Source: the human T2T-CHM13v2.0 reference genome, Homo sapiens | Direction: 5' to 3' (one strand) | Assembly (NCBI RefSeq): GCF_009914755.1 | Contig: NC_060930.1 | Length of the DNA: 64,000 nt | Shown: one piece after another, positions 11,336 to 24,924 of the stretch | Position numbering within the stretch: the stretch's first letter is position 1 | Layout of the letters: every line of letters starts with the position of its first letter | Notes under the pieces: model-generated | Seen by the model: only the letters and a program-made list of their open reading frames with translations | The model's database searches: none | Told to the model about the DNA's origin: nothing | Program-made: the position numbers and the translations under genes

Positions 11336-14300
11336 AATTTTTTTAATTTTTAATTTTTGTAGGTGTATATACTTATGGAGTTAATGAGATATTTTGATAT
11401 AGGCATACAATGTGTAATAATCACATCAGTGTAAATGGGGTATCCATCACCTAAAGCATTCAGTTCCTTGTGTTACAAGCATTTCAATTAAACTCCCTCA
11501 GTTATTCTAAAATGGAAATTATTGCTGACTGTAGTCACCCTGTTGTTATCAAGTACTAAATCTAACTCATTGTATCAAACTATATTTATGTACCTACCCA
11601 TCAATTACTCCTATTTCCGCCCCACCCCCCACCCACTACCCTTCCCAGCCTCTGGTAACCATTATTCTATTTTCTATCCCCATGAGTTCCATTATTTTAA
11701 TTTTTAGTTTCTGCAAATGAGTGAGAACATGAAAAGTCTGTCGTTCTGTGCCTGGCTTATTTATTTAACATACTGTCTTCCATTTTACCCATGTTGTTAC
11801 AAATGACAGAATTTCTTTCTTTTTATAGCTAAATAGTACACCTCTGTGTATATGTAGCACATTTTCTTTATTCATTCATCAGTTGATGAACATTTAGATT
11901 GATTTCAAATTTTGACTACTTTAAATAGTGTTGCAATCTTCATGGGAGTACCAATACATCTTCAATATGCTGAATTCCTTTCTTTGGGGTATATATACCT
12001 AGCCGCGGGATTGCTGGATCATATGGCAATTCTATTTTTTGATTTTTGAGGGACCTCCATTATGTTCTCCACAGTGGCTGTACTAATTTACATTCCCACC
12101 AACAGAGTATGAGGATTCCTCTTTCTTCACATTCATGCCAGTGTGTGTTATTGCCTATCTTTTGGATAAAGGCCATTTTTACTGGAGTGAAAAACAACTA
12201 ATTGTCGTTTGAATTTTCATTTTTCCGATGATCAGTGATGTTGTGCAACTTTTCATATACCTGTTTCTCATTTGTATGTCTTCTTTTGAGAAATATCTAT
12301 TCAGGTCTTTTGCCCACTTTTGAAATGGATTATTAGATTGTTCACAATAGAATTTTTTGTGCTCCTTATATTTTGTCATTATTAATTCTTCATCAGATGG
12401 ACAGGTAACAAATATTTTCTCCCATTCTGTGGGTCATCTCTACACTTTGTTAATTAATTCCTTTGCTGTGCAGAAGCTTTTTAACTCGATGTGATCCCAT
12501 TTGTTCATTTTTGCTTTGATTGCCTGTGCTTTTGGGGGTATTACTCAAGAAATCTTTGCTCAGTCCACTGTCCTGAAGAGATTTCCCAATGTTTTCTCAT
12601 AGTATTTCATAGTTTGGGGGCTTAGATTTAAGTCTTTGAGTCATTTTTATTTGATTTTTTTGTATATGTTGAGAGATAGGGGTTTCATTCTTCTGCATAT
12701 GGTATTCAGTTTTGCCAGCACTCTATAATGAAAAGACTATCATATCCCCAGTGTATGTTATAGGAACTATTGTCAAAAATGGGTTTACTATAGATGTATG
12801 GATTTATATCTGGGATTTTAATTCTGTTCTATTGGTCTATGTGTCTGTTTTTATACCAGTACTATGCTGTTTTAGAGACTATAGCTCTGTAGTACAATAT
12901 TAAGTCAGGTAATGTGATTCCTCCCATTGTTTTATTTTTGCTCAGGGTGGCTTTAGATGTTCTGGGTCTTTTGTAGTTCCATATAAATTTAAAATTATTC
13001 ATCTTTTTTCTGCAAAGAATGCCACTGGCATTTTGATAGTGATTGTACTGAATCTGTAGATAGCTTTGGGAATATGAACATTTTAACAATGTTGATTCTT
13101 TCATTCCAGGAACATGGAATATCTCTTTATTTTTGTGTGTATTCTCTTCAATTTACTGCATAAATGTTTTACAGTTTTTACTGTAAAGATATTTTACTTC
13201 TTTGTTTAAGTTTACTCCTAGGAATTTTGTTTGTAGCTATTGTAAATTGAGTTAGTGTCTTGTTTTTTTTATGTTTGCTGTTGACATATACAGTTACAAT
13301 TTATTTTCATATGTTGCTATCGTATCCCATAAATTTATTGAATAATTCTTATCAGTTCTAATAGCTTTTAATGAAGTTCTAAGAATACTTGTTTTATATA
13401 TCTGAGTGCTCCAGTGTTCGGTGCAAACATATTTACAATTGTTACATTATCTTGCTAAACTGATTCTCTTGTCATTATGTAATAGCCTTCTTTGTCGCTT
13501 CTTATAGTTTGAATCTTGAAATCTATTTTGTCTGATCTAAATATCCTGATTTTTTTTCTTTTCATTTGCATGGAATGTCTTCTTCCATCCCTTTATTTTC
13601 AGTCTATTTGTGTTTCTTGTATGTGACAGATCATTATCATTGTGTCTTTAAAAAAAATCCATTCAGCCACTGTATGTTTTTGATAAGAGAGTTGAGTTCA
13701 TTTACATGGAATGTTATTATTGATAAATAAGGATTTACTCCTGCCTTTCTGTTTGTTTTCTAGTGTTCTCTTTCTTCATTTCTCCCTGACTTCCTTTTAG
13801 TGAAAGTGAATTTATCTGGTGGTATGTTTTAATTTCTTGTTTTATATTTTTTGTGTATCTATTATAAGGTTTCTTTTTTGAGGTTATTGTGAGCCTTATA
13901 AATAACATCCTATAACCCATTATTTTAAACTGATGGCAACTTTAATGCAAAAACAAGCAGATAAATGCACAAGCAAAGAGATAACTTAAAAAATTATGCA
14001 CCTCATCTCTATTTCCTCCCACTAGTCAACTTTTTGTTGTTTCCATTTATATCTTATTGCTCTATGTTTGAAAAAGTTGTTCTAGTTATTATTTTTTGAT
14101 GGATTCATATTTTATTCTTCTTCCTCAATATATGAGTAGTTTACACACCTCAATTACAGTGTTATATTATTCTCTATTTGCCTTTGTACTTACTATTACA
14201 AGTGAGTTTTTTACCTTCAGATGACTTTTATTATCTCCTAAGAGACTTTCTTTTAGATTGAATAAATCTCTTTAGCATTTCTTACAGAATGGGTCTGGTT

Positions 14301-16912
14301 TTAACAAAATTTCTTAGCTTTTGTTTGGGAAAGTCTTTATTTTTTCTTCATGTTTGCAAGATATTTTTTTCTGAATATAATATTCTAGAGTAAAAGTGTA
14401 TTTTTGCTTTTGTTTTTATTTTTTTTACTGCAAGACTTTACATGTATCATGTCACTCTCTTCACCTGTAATGTTTCCACTGAAAAGTTTGCTGCCAGACA
14501 TATTGAAGCTCCTTTATATGTTATTTGTTTATTTTTTCTTGCTGCTTTTAGAATCCTTTCTTTAATCTTGAACTTTTGGAGTTTGATTATTAAATGCCTT
14601 GAGGTAGTCTTACTTGAGTTAAATCTGCTTGGTGTTTAATAGCCTTCTTGCACTTTAATATTGATATCTTTCTCTAGGTTAGGAAGTCTCTGTTATTATC
14701 CTTTGAAAAAATATTTCTACCCATATCTCTTTTTCTACTTCCTCTTTAAGGCCAATAACGCTTAGATTTGCCCCCTTTGATGCTATTTTCTAGATTCTGT
14801 AGAAATGCTTTATTTTTTTTCTTTTGACTCCTCTGACCATGTATTTTCAAATAGCCTCTCTTCAAGCTCATTAATCCTTTCTTCTGCTTGATCAATTCTG
14901 CTATTGAGAGACACTGATGTATTCTTCAGTTTGTCAACCGAATTTTTCAGCACCAAAAGTTTTACTTGATTCTTTTAATCATTTCAATCTCTTTGTTAAA
15001 TTTATATCATAATATTCTGATTGCTTTCTCACCATTATCTTGGATTATGTTGACCTTTCTTAGAACATCTATTTTGAGCTCTCTATTTGAAAGGTCACAT
15101 ATGTCCATCACTCCAGAATTGGTCACTGGTGTTTTATTTGGTTTGTTCAGTAAGGTACAGTTTTTCTGGATGATACTGATTCTTGTGGATGTTTATTGAC
15201 ATCTGGACATTAAAGAGTAAGGTATTTACTGTCGTCTTTTAAATCAGGGCTTCCTTGTACTCATTCTTCTTTAGATGTCTTTCCAAGTATTCAAAGGGAG
15301 TTGAATGTTGTGATGTATCTTTGGTTGCTGTAGCCAGATGTGCATTAGAGGAGAAACCAAGCCCATTAATAATACATATCTTTCAGAGTTGTAGAGGTAC
15401 TGCCTTGGTGTTCTTGGATTAGATCCAAGAAAATTCCCTGGATTACTAGGCAGAGTCTGTTGTTCTCTTTCCTTTCCTTCTCCCACAGAAATAAAATCTC
15501 TTTATCTCTGTGCTGCTCTGCCTAAAATTTGGGGAAAGGTGATGCAAGCACTCCTATGGTCATCACCGCTGGGACTGTGGTGGGTCACATCTAAAGCCAG
15601 CACTATTCTGGGTCTCACCCAAGACCTGTGGTAACTGTTTACTAGCTACCATTGATGTTTATTTAAGGCCCAAGAGCTCTTTCATCAGCAGGTAAAGAAT
15701 TCTGCCAAAACTCCATCTTTCTTTTCAGAGCATCACATTCCATGTGGTCCAGGGTGAGTCTAGAAATGTTGACTGAGAGAGAGGGCCTGGAATCAGGGAC
15801 TTTAGTAATCTGCTTGGTGCTTTATTTTGCTATGACTGAGCTCATATCCACGTTGTAAGACAGTTATTTTTACTCTTCCCTCTTATTTCCTCAAGCAGGA
15901 GTATCTCCCCTGTAGCTGCCACAGTTAGGAATGTACTAGGTGACACCTGAAGCCTGATTGGTACTAGGTTTTGTCCAAGGCCCATAGTAACTACTGCCTG
16001 ACTACCACTAAAGTTTATTAGAGGCTCAAGGGCCCTTTAAGTGAACTGTGGTAAATTCTGCCAGGACTGGCTTCTTTCTTCAGGACAGTAGGTTCCCTTT
16101 GGCCCAAGGTGGGTCTAGAAAATGTTGCCTGGGAACTATGGCCTGAAATAGGAGCTGTAGGACTCTGTATGGTGCTTTCTTTCACTGGAGCTGAGCTGGT
16201 ATCCAGGTTGCAAGACAAAGTCCTCTTTGCCTTCCCCTTTCTCCCAAAATTGCCAGCTACACCACCTGGGGTTGTGGGAGGGGTGACATAAGTACTCCCT
16301 TGGCCACCACAAATGGTATCTCTCTGGGTTACATGCACCCCAAGTCCACTGGCTCTGAGCCAGCTCTCTAGGTTACATGCAGAATTTACCCAGGAATTGC
16401 ACTCCTTGTGGCTTAAAGTATATTAAGCCCTTCAAGTATATTTAGAAACTCAGAGCCTCTTAGCCTAAGGTAATGGAGCTTGCCAGAACTCGGATTCCTA
16501 CTGCTGGGATGGATGACTTTTCTCTGACTAGAGCTAGTCAAAATGCTACCTCCATGGGCACCAGCTAAATTCTGCCCTATGTTGCTTTCTCATGTGACAG
16601 GGCAGCACTGATTTCCAATGCAAAGTGTCAGAAACACTTTGCTTTCCCTCCCCCAAGCACAAAGATTCTCCTTCTATACCACACACTGCTGCTGAGAGAT
16701 GTTGGAGGGGTGGTGTTAAAAATTCAAAGCTGTTTTTCCTACACTCTTCAGTGCCCCTTTCCTTCATATGATGTTGAAACCAGGTACTTTGATTGCTGAT
16801 TTTACGTTCTTATGAAGGTGCTTTCTGAAGTGGAAAGTTGTTCAATTCCGTGTTCCTGTGGGAGACGACGATTGCTGGAGTGTTTTATTTGGCCATTTTG
16901 CTCCACTTCCCA
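11336..16912 (-). mobile_element. Near-full-length L1MA1-3-like LINE-1 with internal ORF2 deletion
   Basis: L1MA 3' UTR at 11336-11750, ORF2 remnants (ORF 12862-13104 [16 protein letters not shown]), RT-to-EN jump at ~13380, ORF1 remnants ~14200-15200, 5' end GGAAGTGGAGCAAAATGGCCAAATA (minus); TSD GT(G/A)TATAAATTT at 11324-11335 and 16949-16960. Confidence 0.9.
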
Positions 16913-16948
16913 AGAGTCAAAAAATCCAGTGCATAGCTTTTGACTCTA

Positions 16949-17631
16949 GTATATAAATTTTGACTCCCCCAAAACTTAACTATGAATAGCCTACTATTAA
17001 CCAAAAGCCTTACTAATAGCATAATAGCATAAATGTTCTAACAACAAATTTTATCTGTTATATAGTACTATATGTACCATATAACACACATAATATATAT
17101 CACAGGTAAAATGTATTATGTATATCTAGTATATAACACATATAACATCAAATACATATCTCTCCATCTATCTATCTTAGAGACAGTCACTCTGTCACCC
17201 AAGCTGGAGTGCAGAGTCATGATCAGACCTTGCTGCAAGAGATCCTCTTGTAACAGCATCCAGAGTAGCTGGAATTACAGGCAGGAACAATTGCACCTGG
17301 GCCACTATACTGTATTCTTACAATAAAGTAAGCTAGAGAAAATAAAATGTTATTAAGAAAATCAAGGAAGATAAAATATATCTGCAATTTATTAAGTGGA
17401 ATGGATCATCATAAAGGTCTTCATCTTCCTCATTGTCATATTGAATTGGCTGAGAAAGAATAGAAAGAGGAGGGATTGGTCTTCTTATCTCAGTGATAGC
17501 AAAGGCAGAAGAAGTAGAGGAGGTAGAAGCAGGAGCAGGAGAGGCAGGTACACTCCATGTAACTTTTATTGAAAAACAAATGTGTGTAAGTGTACCTGCA
17601 CAGGTCAAACACGTTACTTAATGGTCGATTA
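16949..17631. mobile_element. Tigger2a/MER28, right part
   Basis: TTTTGACTCCCCCAAAACTTAACTA..., minus-strand EEDEDLYDDP (Tigger transposase C-terminal relic, ORF 17333-17608), TIR-like end followed by TA. Confidence 0.85.
17177..17303 (-). mobile_element. Monomeric Alu-family fragment (FAM/FLAM-like) inside Tigger2a
   Basis: CTCTGTCACCCAAGCTGGAGTGCAG...GTAGCTGGAATTACAGGC...CCTGGGCC; AT-rich low-complexity sequence at ~17070-17176 on its tail side. Confidence 0.7.
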
Positions 17632-18482
17632 TAATGCTATAAGAATCTCCATGCTGTTTATGATCTGTGATTTCCAATATGGCATACTCATAAATACTCT
17701 GAAAAATGACTTTATGTTAGTCTTATATAATTAAAAGACACTAATGAATCTTTGCTAAATGTTATAGCGTATTCAAATTTTGAAAGCAAAATATTAGATT
17801 GTGAGTGAAAATGTCCTGAATTTATATTTTATTAATAGACATGTCTGTCTTTGACTTGTCCTTATAAGAATCTGTTCAGATATGTTTTCACTTTTTATGA
17901 ATATATTTATAATGTATAAAATATTTTGTCATGAAAGTTTTACAATATGTGTATAATATTAAAATGTACACTTATAATTGTAATAAAGTTACTAAAGTAA
18001 AACTGCAAATAAAAGCGTCATAAAAGAACATATTTTCATAAAATTATTTAAAATTTTGAAGTAATTCTTCAGTATAAAAATGTTAATTATTTTTTCATTT
18101 GAATAAAACACTCCATAGACATAAATAAGTACATATAATTTGATAAAAAATATTTTAATGATTTTATAAAAGGAAGATATAATAAATACAGCTAAAGAAA
18201 TACTAATAAACAATAAGTTAAATTATAAATTATTGGTGAATAATACCAATAAAACCATAAAGATATTTTAGAGTGATCAGGATTTAAAATGACACATAAC
18301 TATGTGTAATAATGTGCTATTTTTAGACATAATTCAAACACTCTTTTGTTGTATAAGTGTGCATTCTTTGATATCCATTGTTATTTAAATATTTTAACAC
18401 TTTATTTTGAAATATTTAAAAATATTTTCCATTAAAAAATATGAGTCTAAATTACAAATCAAAGGAGAAAAATAAATCATTA

Positions 18483-19018
18483 TGAAGCAGGAGAATAGGA
18501 TCTGAAGGCAGAGAACCTAAGGCCAATTCATGCTGACTTCTTAGAAATGACTCTGAAAGAAACCCCAGCTCCCCACACCAGAGTAACAAAAGGATCAGAG
18601 GCTACTCCCCTTGCAACTCCCCTTTTTTGCATTGCAGACAAAAAATGAAAGTACCTCTGATTGGTCTCTTTCTGCAAACAATTAGACTGGTCACAGGCCA
18701 AGACTTCACATGTAACTTTGTAACTTCACTTCATCCTCTGATTGGTTACCTTCTGCAACCTATCAGACTAGCGTGGACCACTACTTCATTGATATAGGGT
18801 GTAAACAAAAGTAACCAATGGGAAAACTCTAGAGGGTATTTAAACCCCAGAAAATTCTGTAACAAGTACTCTTGAGCCACTTGCTCGGCCTGCTCCCATT
18901 CTGTGGAGTGTACTTTCATTTCAATAAATCTGTGCTTTTCTTTTGTTGCTTCGTTTGTGTGTTTTTTCCGATTAGTTGTTCAAAGCACCACGAAACTGAA
19001 CACCCTCCACTGGTAATA
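18483..19018 (+). repeat. 5' LTR of provirus B (MER51-like)
   Basis: TGAAGCAGGAGAATAGG...CACCCTCCACTGGTAATA; AATAAA ~18922; about 26 mismatches to the 3' LTR in the first ~122 nt by hand count. Confidence 0.9.
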
Positions 19019-19023
19019 TATTT

Positions 19024-19041
19024 TGGCAAGCCAGCCAGGAG
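19024..19041 (+). other. Primer-binding site for tRNA-Arg(ACG)
   Basis: TGGCAAGCCAGCCAGGAG matches 17/18 of TGGCGAGCCAGCCAGGAG, the complement of the tRNA-Arg(ACG) 3' end; 5 nt after the LTR. Confidence 0.85.
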
Positions 19042-19996
19042 GTAACTTAAAAGTTTGGAATTTATTTTTCTTCTTCTTTTCCCTTTTCCTCTTTGCTCCA
19101 TACAGGGGAACACTTTTCTCTATTTCTCTTTCCAAATCAGAACCCTCGGTAGACAGCACCTAAGCCCAGAGGCAACTGCAGGTTTCCGCCCAAGGCCACT
19201 CTGGTGAAGCTGAAAGGTTTCCTTGTGGAAAAGCCTGACTACACCACCTGGATTGAGTGAAGAACCTTTTCCATTTTTTTTTTTCCTTCAGTCTTTAAAT
19301 AGCTGTTTCCTGGCAACTCCTTGGTAATTGAAGGCAGCTAGCCAGGACCACTCTGGTGTTACCTGAAAGCCAAGGAGTAAACAGGGATAGCTTCCCTGCC
19401 CGTTAGGGGGAAGGACTTCATTCTATATTTTCCATTTATAGTACCTGATCCCTACATGTGACACAATTGGCTTTGGCAGCTCGTCCAGGGTGAATTCGCA
19501 CACATTTCAGGTGACTTAAACCTTCTTTCTGTATGCTAAATTCTCCTATACAGTTAACCCATAATGGCAAAAGATAATGTCTCTTAGGTGTTTTGACCTC
19601 CTTTCTCCTACTAGATCTATTCCACTGGCTAAGGACAAAAGAAACCCACCCAGCCTCCACTTTCTGCCATTAAAGTTCATGGCTATCATTCTAGTGGAAT
19701 AGAAAGCATGGAAAAGTGTGGTCTTATTAAATTATATGGGTGCTAGAAGTCAAGGTCTTCATTTAGGGACAAAAGGAAAGTTTTTACTAGGCCATCGGCT
19801 CTGGAGGGAAAACATAAAAAGTGGCACCAGTGCCCAGCTAAGGTCAGAGATATCTGACTCTCTAAGATTGGATCCCAAAAGGGAATGCCCCAGCGGATCC
19901 GACTCCAGACCTCGACCTCTCCAATGGGGATGCCCTCTGCAGAGGTTCTGCAGTCTAGTACTAAGCCCTCCTTAGAATTTTCTCCCATATATGAAA

Positions 19997-20195
19997 ATGG
20001 GAAACACTCCATTTACTCCATGTGGCGCCCTGTTTGGCCACATCCTCATTAGAATCAGTTTGACCCTGACAATCTAAAGAGAACACACTTGATATTCTTT
20101 TCCAATACTGTTTGGCCTGAATATTGTTTGGAATCTGGAGCTTGCTCTTGAATGGGAAAGTGGGAGGGAATTGCATGTATCTAGGCTTTTGTGTT
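19997..20195 (+). pseudogene. gag matrix (MA) remnant
   Basis: ATGGGAAACACTCCA = MGNTP; after a frameshift NQFDPDNLKRTHLIFFSNTVWPEYCL, like ERV9/HERV-W MA (DQFDPQTLRKKRLIFFCSTAWP). Confidence 0.75.
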
Positions 20196-23100
20196 GCTAT
20201 TCTAAGTAAGGTAGGGCCTGGTTAGTATGTGATGTTCTCCTTTGGTGCTATTTGGTCCCAGTGTTCGTTGGATCCTGAGGAGGTTTGAACTTTAAAAATC
20301 AAACTGCCATGGAAACTGCTTTACTCAAAATTTTGGTTCACAGCCTTCATTGGATTACCTATTGGGGCAAACAATGTAAAACCGATGAGTTTATATTGCT
20401 ATGTCATGGCTAGAGTTCCGAGGTAAAAGCTATTGGATCTTCATTTATGTGTGTTCATACGTGTCTAGATGTGTTTATTTGTATGTACACTTATTGTTAT
20501 ATGTTGTGTCTACCAAATTGGCTTATAAGTAAAAGAGTACCCATAAATTAAGTAAAAATGCCTAAGCAATTTTCAAGTTCAGGTGACTTAAGTATAACTT
20601 TACTAAACAAGCTGTCTTTAAAATTATTGGTAAAATGAAAATAGAAATGCCTTCAGAATTGTCAGCATATATTTTTGTCTGGATTTTATCTTTGTCTCTG
20701 GTAGATATTTTGAGGTGTCAGGGTTTGGCATAGAAGGTTATAAAACTATAAACCTAACCAAAACAAAATGATCTCTGTGCAGATTTTTTGATAAGTAAGA
20801 CTAATGTTATGATTTAATTAGTAAGACTAATGTTACAATTTAATGAAAACAACTGAATTTTCTGAGTTATTGATGAAAAGTCTATGTATTTAACTTTAAG
20901 GTTCTGATTTCAGTGAACACCTGATATTCACAGATTATAAAATGGTAAACAAGGAAATGATTCACTTTAAATGATGGTGTCTAATATCTCAGTTTTCAGA
21001 AGTAATCTAGATAAACTGTTAAAAATGAAAGCTGAGTCCATGTAAATGAGATGCTGTAGGTAAATTTCTTGTGTAATTTAAAATTCTAAAATTATTTTTG
21101 ATGCTCATTGAATATCTGTGTCATTTCTAAGAAAGGGTTGTGACAGGGGAAATATTGTTCTAAAAATTGTGGAATTGTTCTTACCTATAAATGCCCATAT
21201 CTGATAGTTCAGGGTTTCTTGGTTTTTAGGGTTTCATTAAAGTTTTAGGTTACTAAGTATAAAAATTCTAGTTAATGCATAATTCTGTATACAAACTGTG
21301 AAAGGGTCATGTTATTAATGAGGAAAAGAATAGAAAATTCATTTAAAAGTTAATTCAAATTACAGGTTTGTAGAGGTTATTTATAAAACAAGGTAGTGAA
21401 AAACCAGTAAGGGAGAGGGATGTAAAGATAGTTATGTATATGAAGATGTATTTTTGGTAAGGAAGATTATAAAGAAAATAATAATTCTGTATGAGAAAGG
21501 ATCTTGTATGGTGATTTTTTTTTTTTTTTGGCCTAGAGTAAAATGACTGGTTATTTAAAGAAGAAGAAGAAGAAGAAGGAAGGGAAGAAGAAGGAGAAAA
21601 TCTGGAACTGAACAAAAAGCCCACGCATGTCATAGATTGCCTTTCAAGTAATATGTAATTTTTCCTGTTTCTCCGTATGCCTATCTTCAAGTACATATAG
21701 AGAAAATATAAAGCTGAAGAAGTTTAGATAACAAAATATTATTTAAAACCTGATAGAGATTTGGATAAATCTGGCTAATTAACATTTTTATAGTTAAAGC
21801 TCTTAGTCCTGATTAAAGTAAAATAAGAAATATTTTAAAGAAATGCATCGGCAGTTTGGCGATATTCTTTTTTAATATTGTTAAGCATGAAGCCAGATTT
21901 AGTGTGGAGCCAAATTTCACATACATGCTTGCATTGCTTCACACTATGTTTACTGTTTTGCATGGATTATACTAGCACTGTAGTACTTACTGGTAATGTT
22001 CCCAGAGTGAATTTCTTGATTGTATAGGAGGTATGGTGATATTGGTACAAATTAAGGATATTGAATTGTGTATGAGCAATAAAACATTCATTATGTGGGT
22101 TTTGGGGGGCTTTGGATAACATTGTAGCCTCCAGTGTAGACTGAGTAGAAAATACTTAGCATTGTTTTCCTGTTTATTTGTTTTTGCTTCTAAATTTTAT
22201 TTGTTTGTTATTTGTTCTCCTTTGGGTTTTTGTATGCATATGATGCTTTTTAGTTTCCAATGGAAGAATTTTATTTGATTCTGTGAATAGTTATTTTTTC
22301 CCTATGCATCTCTAGCAAGCCATCATTTGTTCTATTTCTCTGAGATTCCTAGGCTCCTTTAGTCAGGCCTGCAGGAACTGATGAAGCACACCAGCCATTT
22401 GGAATTTTGTTCATTTTGCTTGCCTCTGATAATCTAGAGAACTAAAAAATAAAAGACTTATTTTTATAGGTTCTGGACAGAAATAGTACATTACACATTT
22501 TGTTGTTTGGAGGGGTAAATGAGAGTGGAAATGTTTGAGTGGTGTGTGTTTCCAGGGTGATTCAATTGAATCAATAGTTTGGGTTGGTTTCAGAACTTTT
22601 CCTTTGATGAAGAAAAACTGTGATATGGGCACAAAGTTTTAATGTTCAGGAAAGATTGGCTTTGTCCTTAAGAAAATTATATTGACTAGAATTTCTCTCA
22701 AGCTAATTCAATTTTGTTTACTACTATCAAATTAAAATTACCTTCACCTGGATTAAGTAGTAATAACAAAGGTGAGACTTTCCAGTGATTTTTTTTATCT
22801 CAAGCTGTCTATCAGTGATGAGCCTTCATGTGTGTACTTGAAAACAAAATATGTGCAGGTGTTGCAATGGTATAAAAGTTTTTATGGTGAAAGTTATCTA
22901 ATTAGTTGTCAGTACCGTATCTAGAAACCAATCTTGGGAATATGTGATGACCTGCTTTTAAAAATAGCTGAAAGGAAACTGTTTGCTTGTTTTTACTTTG
23001 TCCTTGTTTTGTTGTATCATATTTAAATGAAAGGAGATTATTTCTCACCCTGAACTTCCAAAACTGATATTCTTAATTAAAAAGTTTATGGAACTCCTAC

Positions 23101-24134
23101 CTTATGGTGAGTCTAATTAAAATTAGTCAAATTTGTTTATAAGGTTTGATTAAAATTAGATTTAAAATTACTAATATGCCATACAAAAGTAAAATTTTGG
23201 TTTCCTCTTTTGGACAAAATATTTGCGTAATAAAAATATTTGTTTACCTTTTGAATAAACTTCAGGAAGAAATTGGAGGGGGAAGAGACAAATCTGGTTG
23301 CCTCGTGCTGTCTTAAGTATTAGGTCTTATTTGTTTGAGAAGTTAAACTGCATTTCTTCATTATTGAAAAGTAAACGTTTTTGTATTATAATTTTGGCTA
23401 CCTAAATGACAATTTTATAGTAACTTGTGATAGTATTTTGTGATACCGAGTCTCTTAAACCACTGAAATTGGAAAAACTTTCCAACAGCAGAATTTCAAG
23501 TCTTAAATTGAGTCTTTTGACCTCAAACTAAACTTTTTGGATATTAGGCTACCTGAAATTCAACAAAGACACATTGGGCTTATTAGGTGTATTTGTAATG
23601 TTATGATTACACAACAAGCATTGTCAAATCTGAGGTAGTGTTTAGCCTCCTTTGGGTTATATTTATATAGATGTTTTATTAGCATGTGTTCCAGGATTGT
23701 ATGAGACTCCTTGAATTGTGATATGTCTTAATATACATTTTCAGTAATATATGATTATTATGTTAAATTGTTGTATACCATAGAAATAACCAAATTTCCT
23801 TGTCGACTGTGTCTTTAAGTATGGCTGTTGTGAATATTCTTAATTCATGGCCATGTGTTTGTTTGCATGCAGTTAATAACCACATGTTTTCTTTTGTAAT
23901 GGGACACAATTAGAGAAACTGGTTATTTTCTCAGAGCTTTCACTGAAATGGCCTTGTGAGTTGTTCCAGCAAAGCCAATTTAGAAGAGTCTACATGAAAA
24001 ATAATTTTTGTTGCACTTTGCGTGGGTACTCATACCAAGTATATGAGACTGAAGCTTATTATGCAGGTAGATTGGTTCTGCCATGATTTGTCTTTGGAGG
24101 AAATGGCAGACCAGAGAGAGAAATATCATAGGTC

Positions 24135-24816
24135 TCAAAATTAATATAGTACCTAACAACCAATCCCTCATTATACCTTTAACTTCAACCAATGGACACA
24201 AACAAGCCATCCAACTTATACCCCTTTGGTAGGGCTAGGAATAGCAGCAGGAGTAGGAATAAGAGTTGGCAGGCTTGCAACTTCCCTATCCTATTACCAA
24301 CGCTTGTCCAGTGATTTTATGAAAAGCTTGAATGACATTTCCCAAGGTATCATTACCATACAAAGTCAAATAGACTCTTTGGCAGTGGTCACTTTGCAAA
24401 ATAGAATGGGACTAGATCTCCTAACTGCTGAAAAAGGTGGCTTATGACTTTTTCCTAGAGAACAAATGCTGTTTTAATGTCAACAAATCAAGATTAATAA
24501 GACATGACACCCAAAAACTAGCTGACTGGGCCTCTGAAATATCACAACAGCTGTTTGAGTCATTAGGCTACTGGTGAAGGGCACTGCGTTAGGTTTCATG
24601 GCTCCTCCCCTTGGCCAGCCCATTATTAATAATTACAATTGCCTTGTTTTTTGGACCATGTTTGTTAAATCTTTTAACCAAGTTAATTTCCATCAAGCTT
24701 CAGACAATCATGAGAAAAGGTTTCCAGCAGTTCCAGATGAAGACACTGTCAGCCATCAAGAAGGTCCTCTGTCTCCACTAGACAGAGCTTGGCAAGAGTT
24801 CCATGATCCCCAATAG
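24135..24816 (+). pseudogene. env TM remnant, provirus B
   Basis: ORF 24226-24447 VGLGIAAGVG...SLSYYQRLSSDF...QSQIDSLAVVTLQNRMGLDLLTAEKGGL* (fusion peptide, heptad, ISD); first Cys of CX6CC is a TGA. Confidence 0.9.
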
Positions 24817-24924
24817 GTAGGTACTGCACTCCAAGTCAGCAGGAAGCAGTAACTAAAAAAAATACCCTTTGTCCCTCTGCCCCCCCATAGAGATTTATGG
24901 GGATCATGTCTCTTAGGGGGGAAA

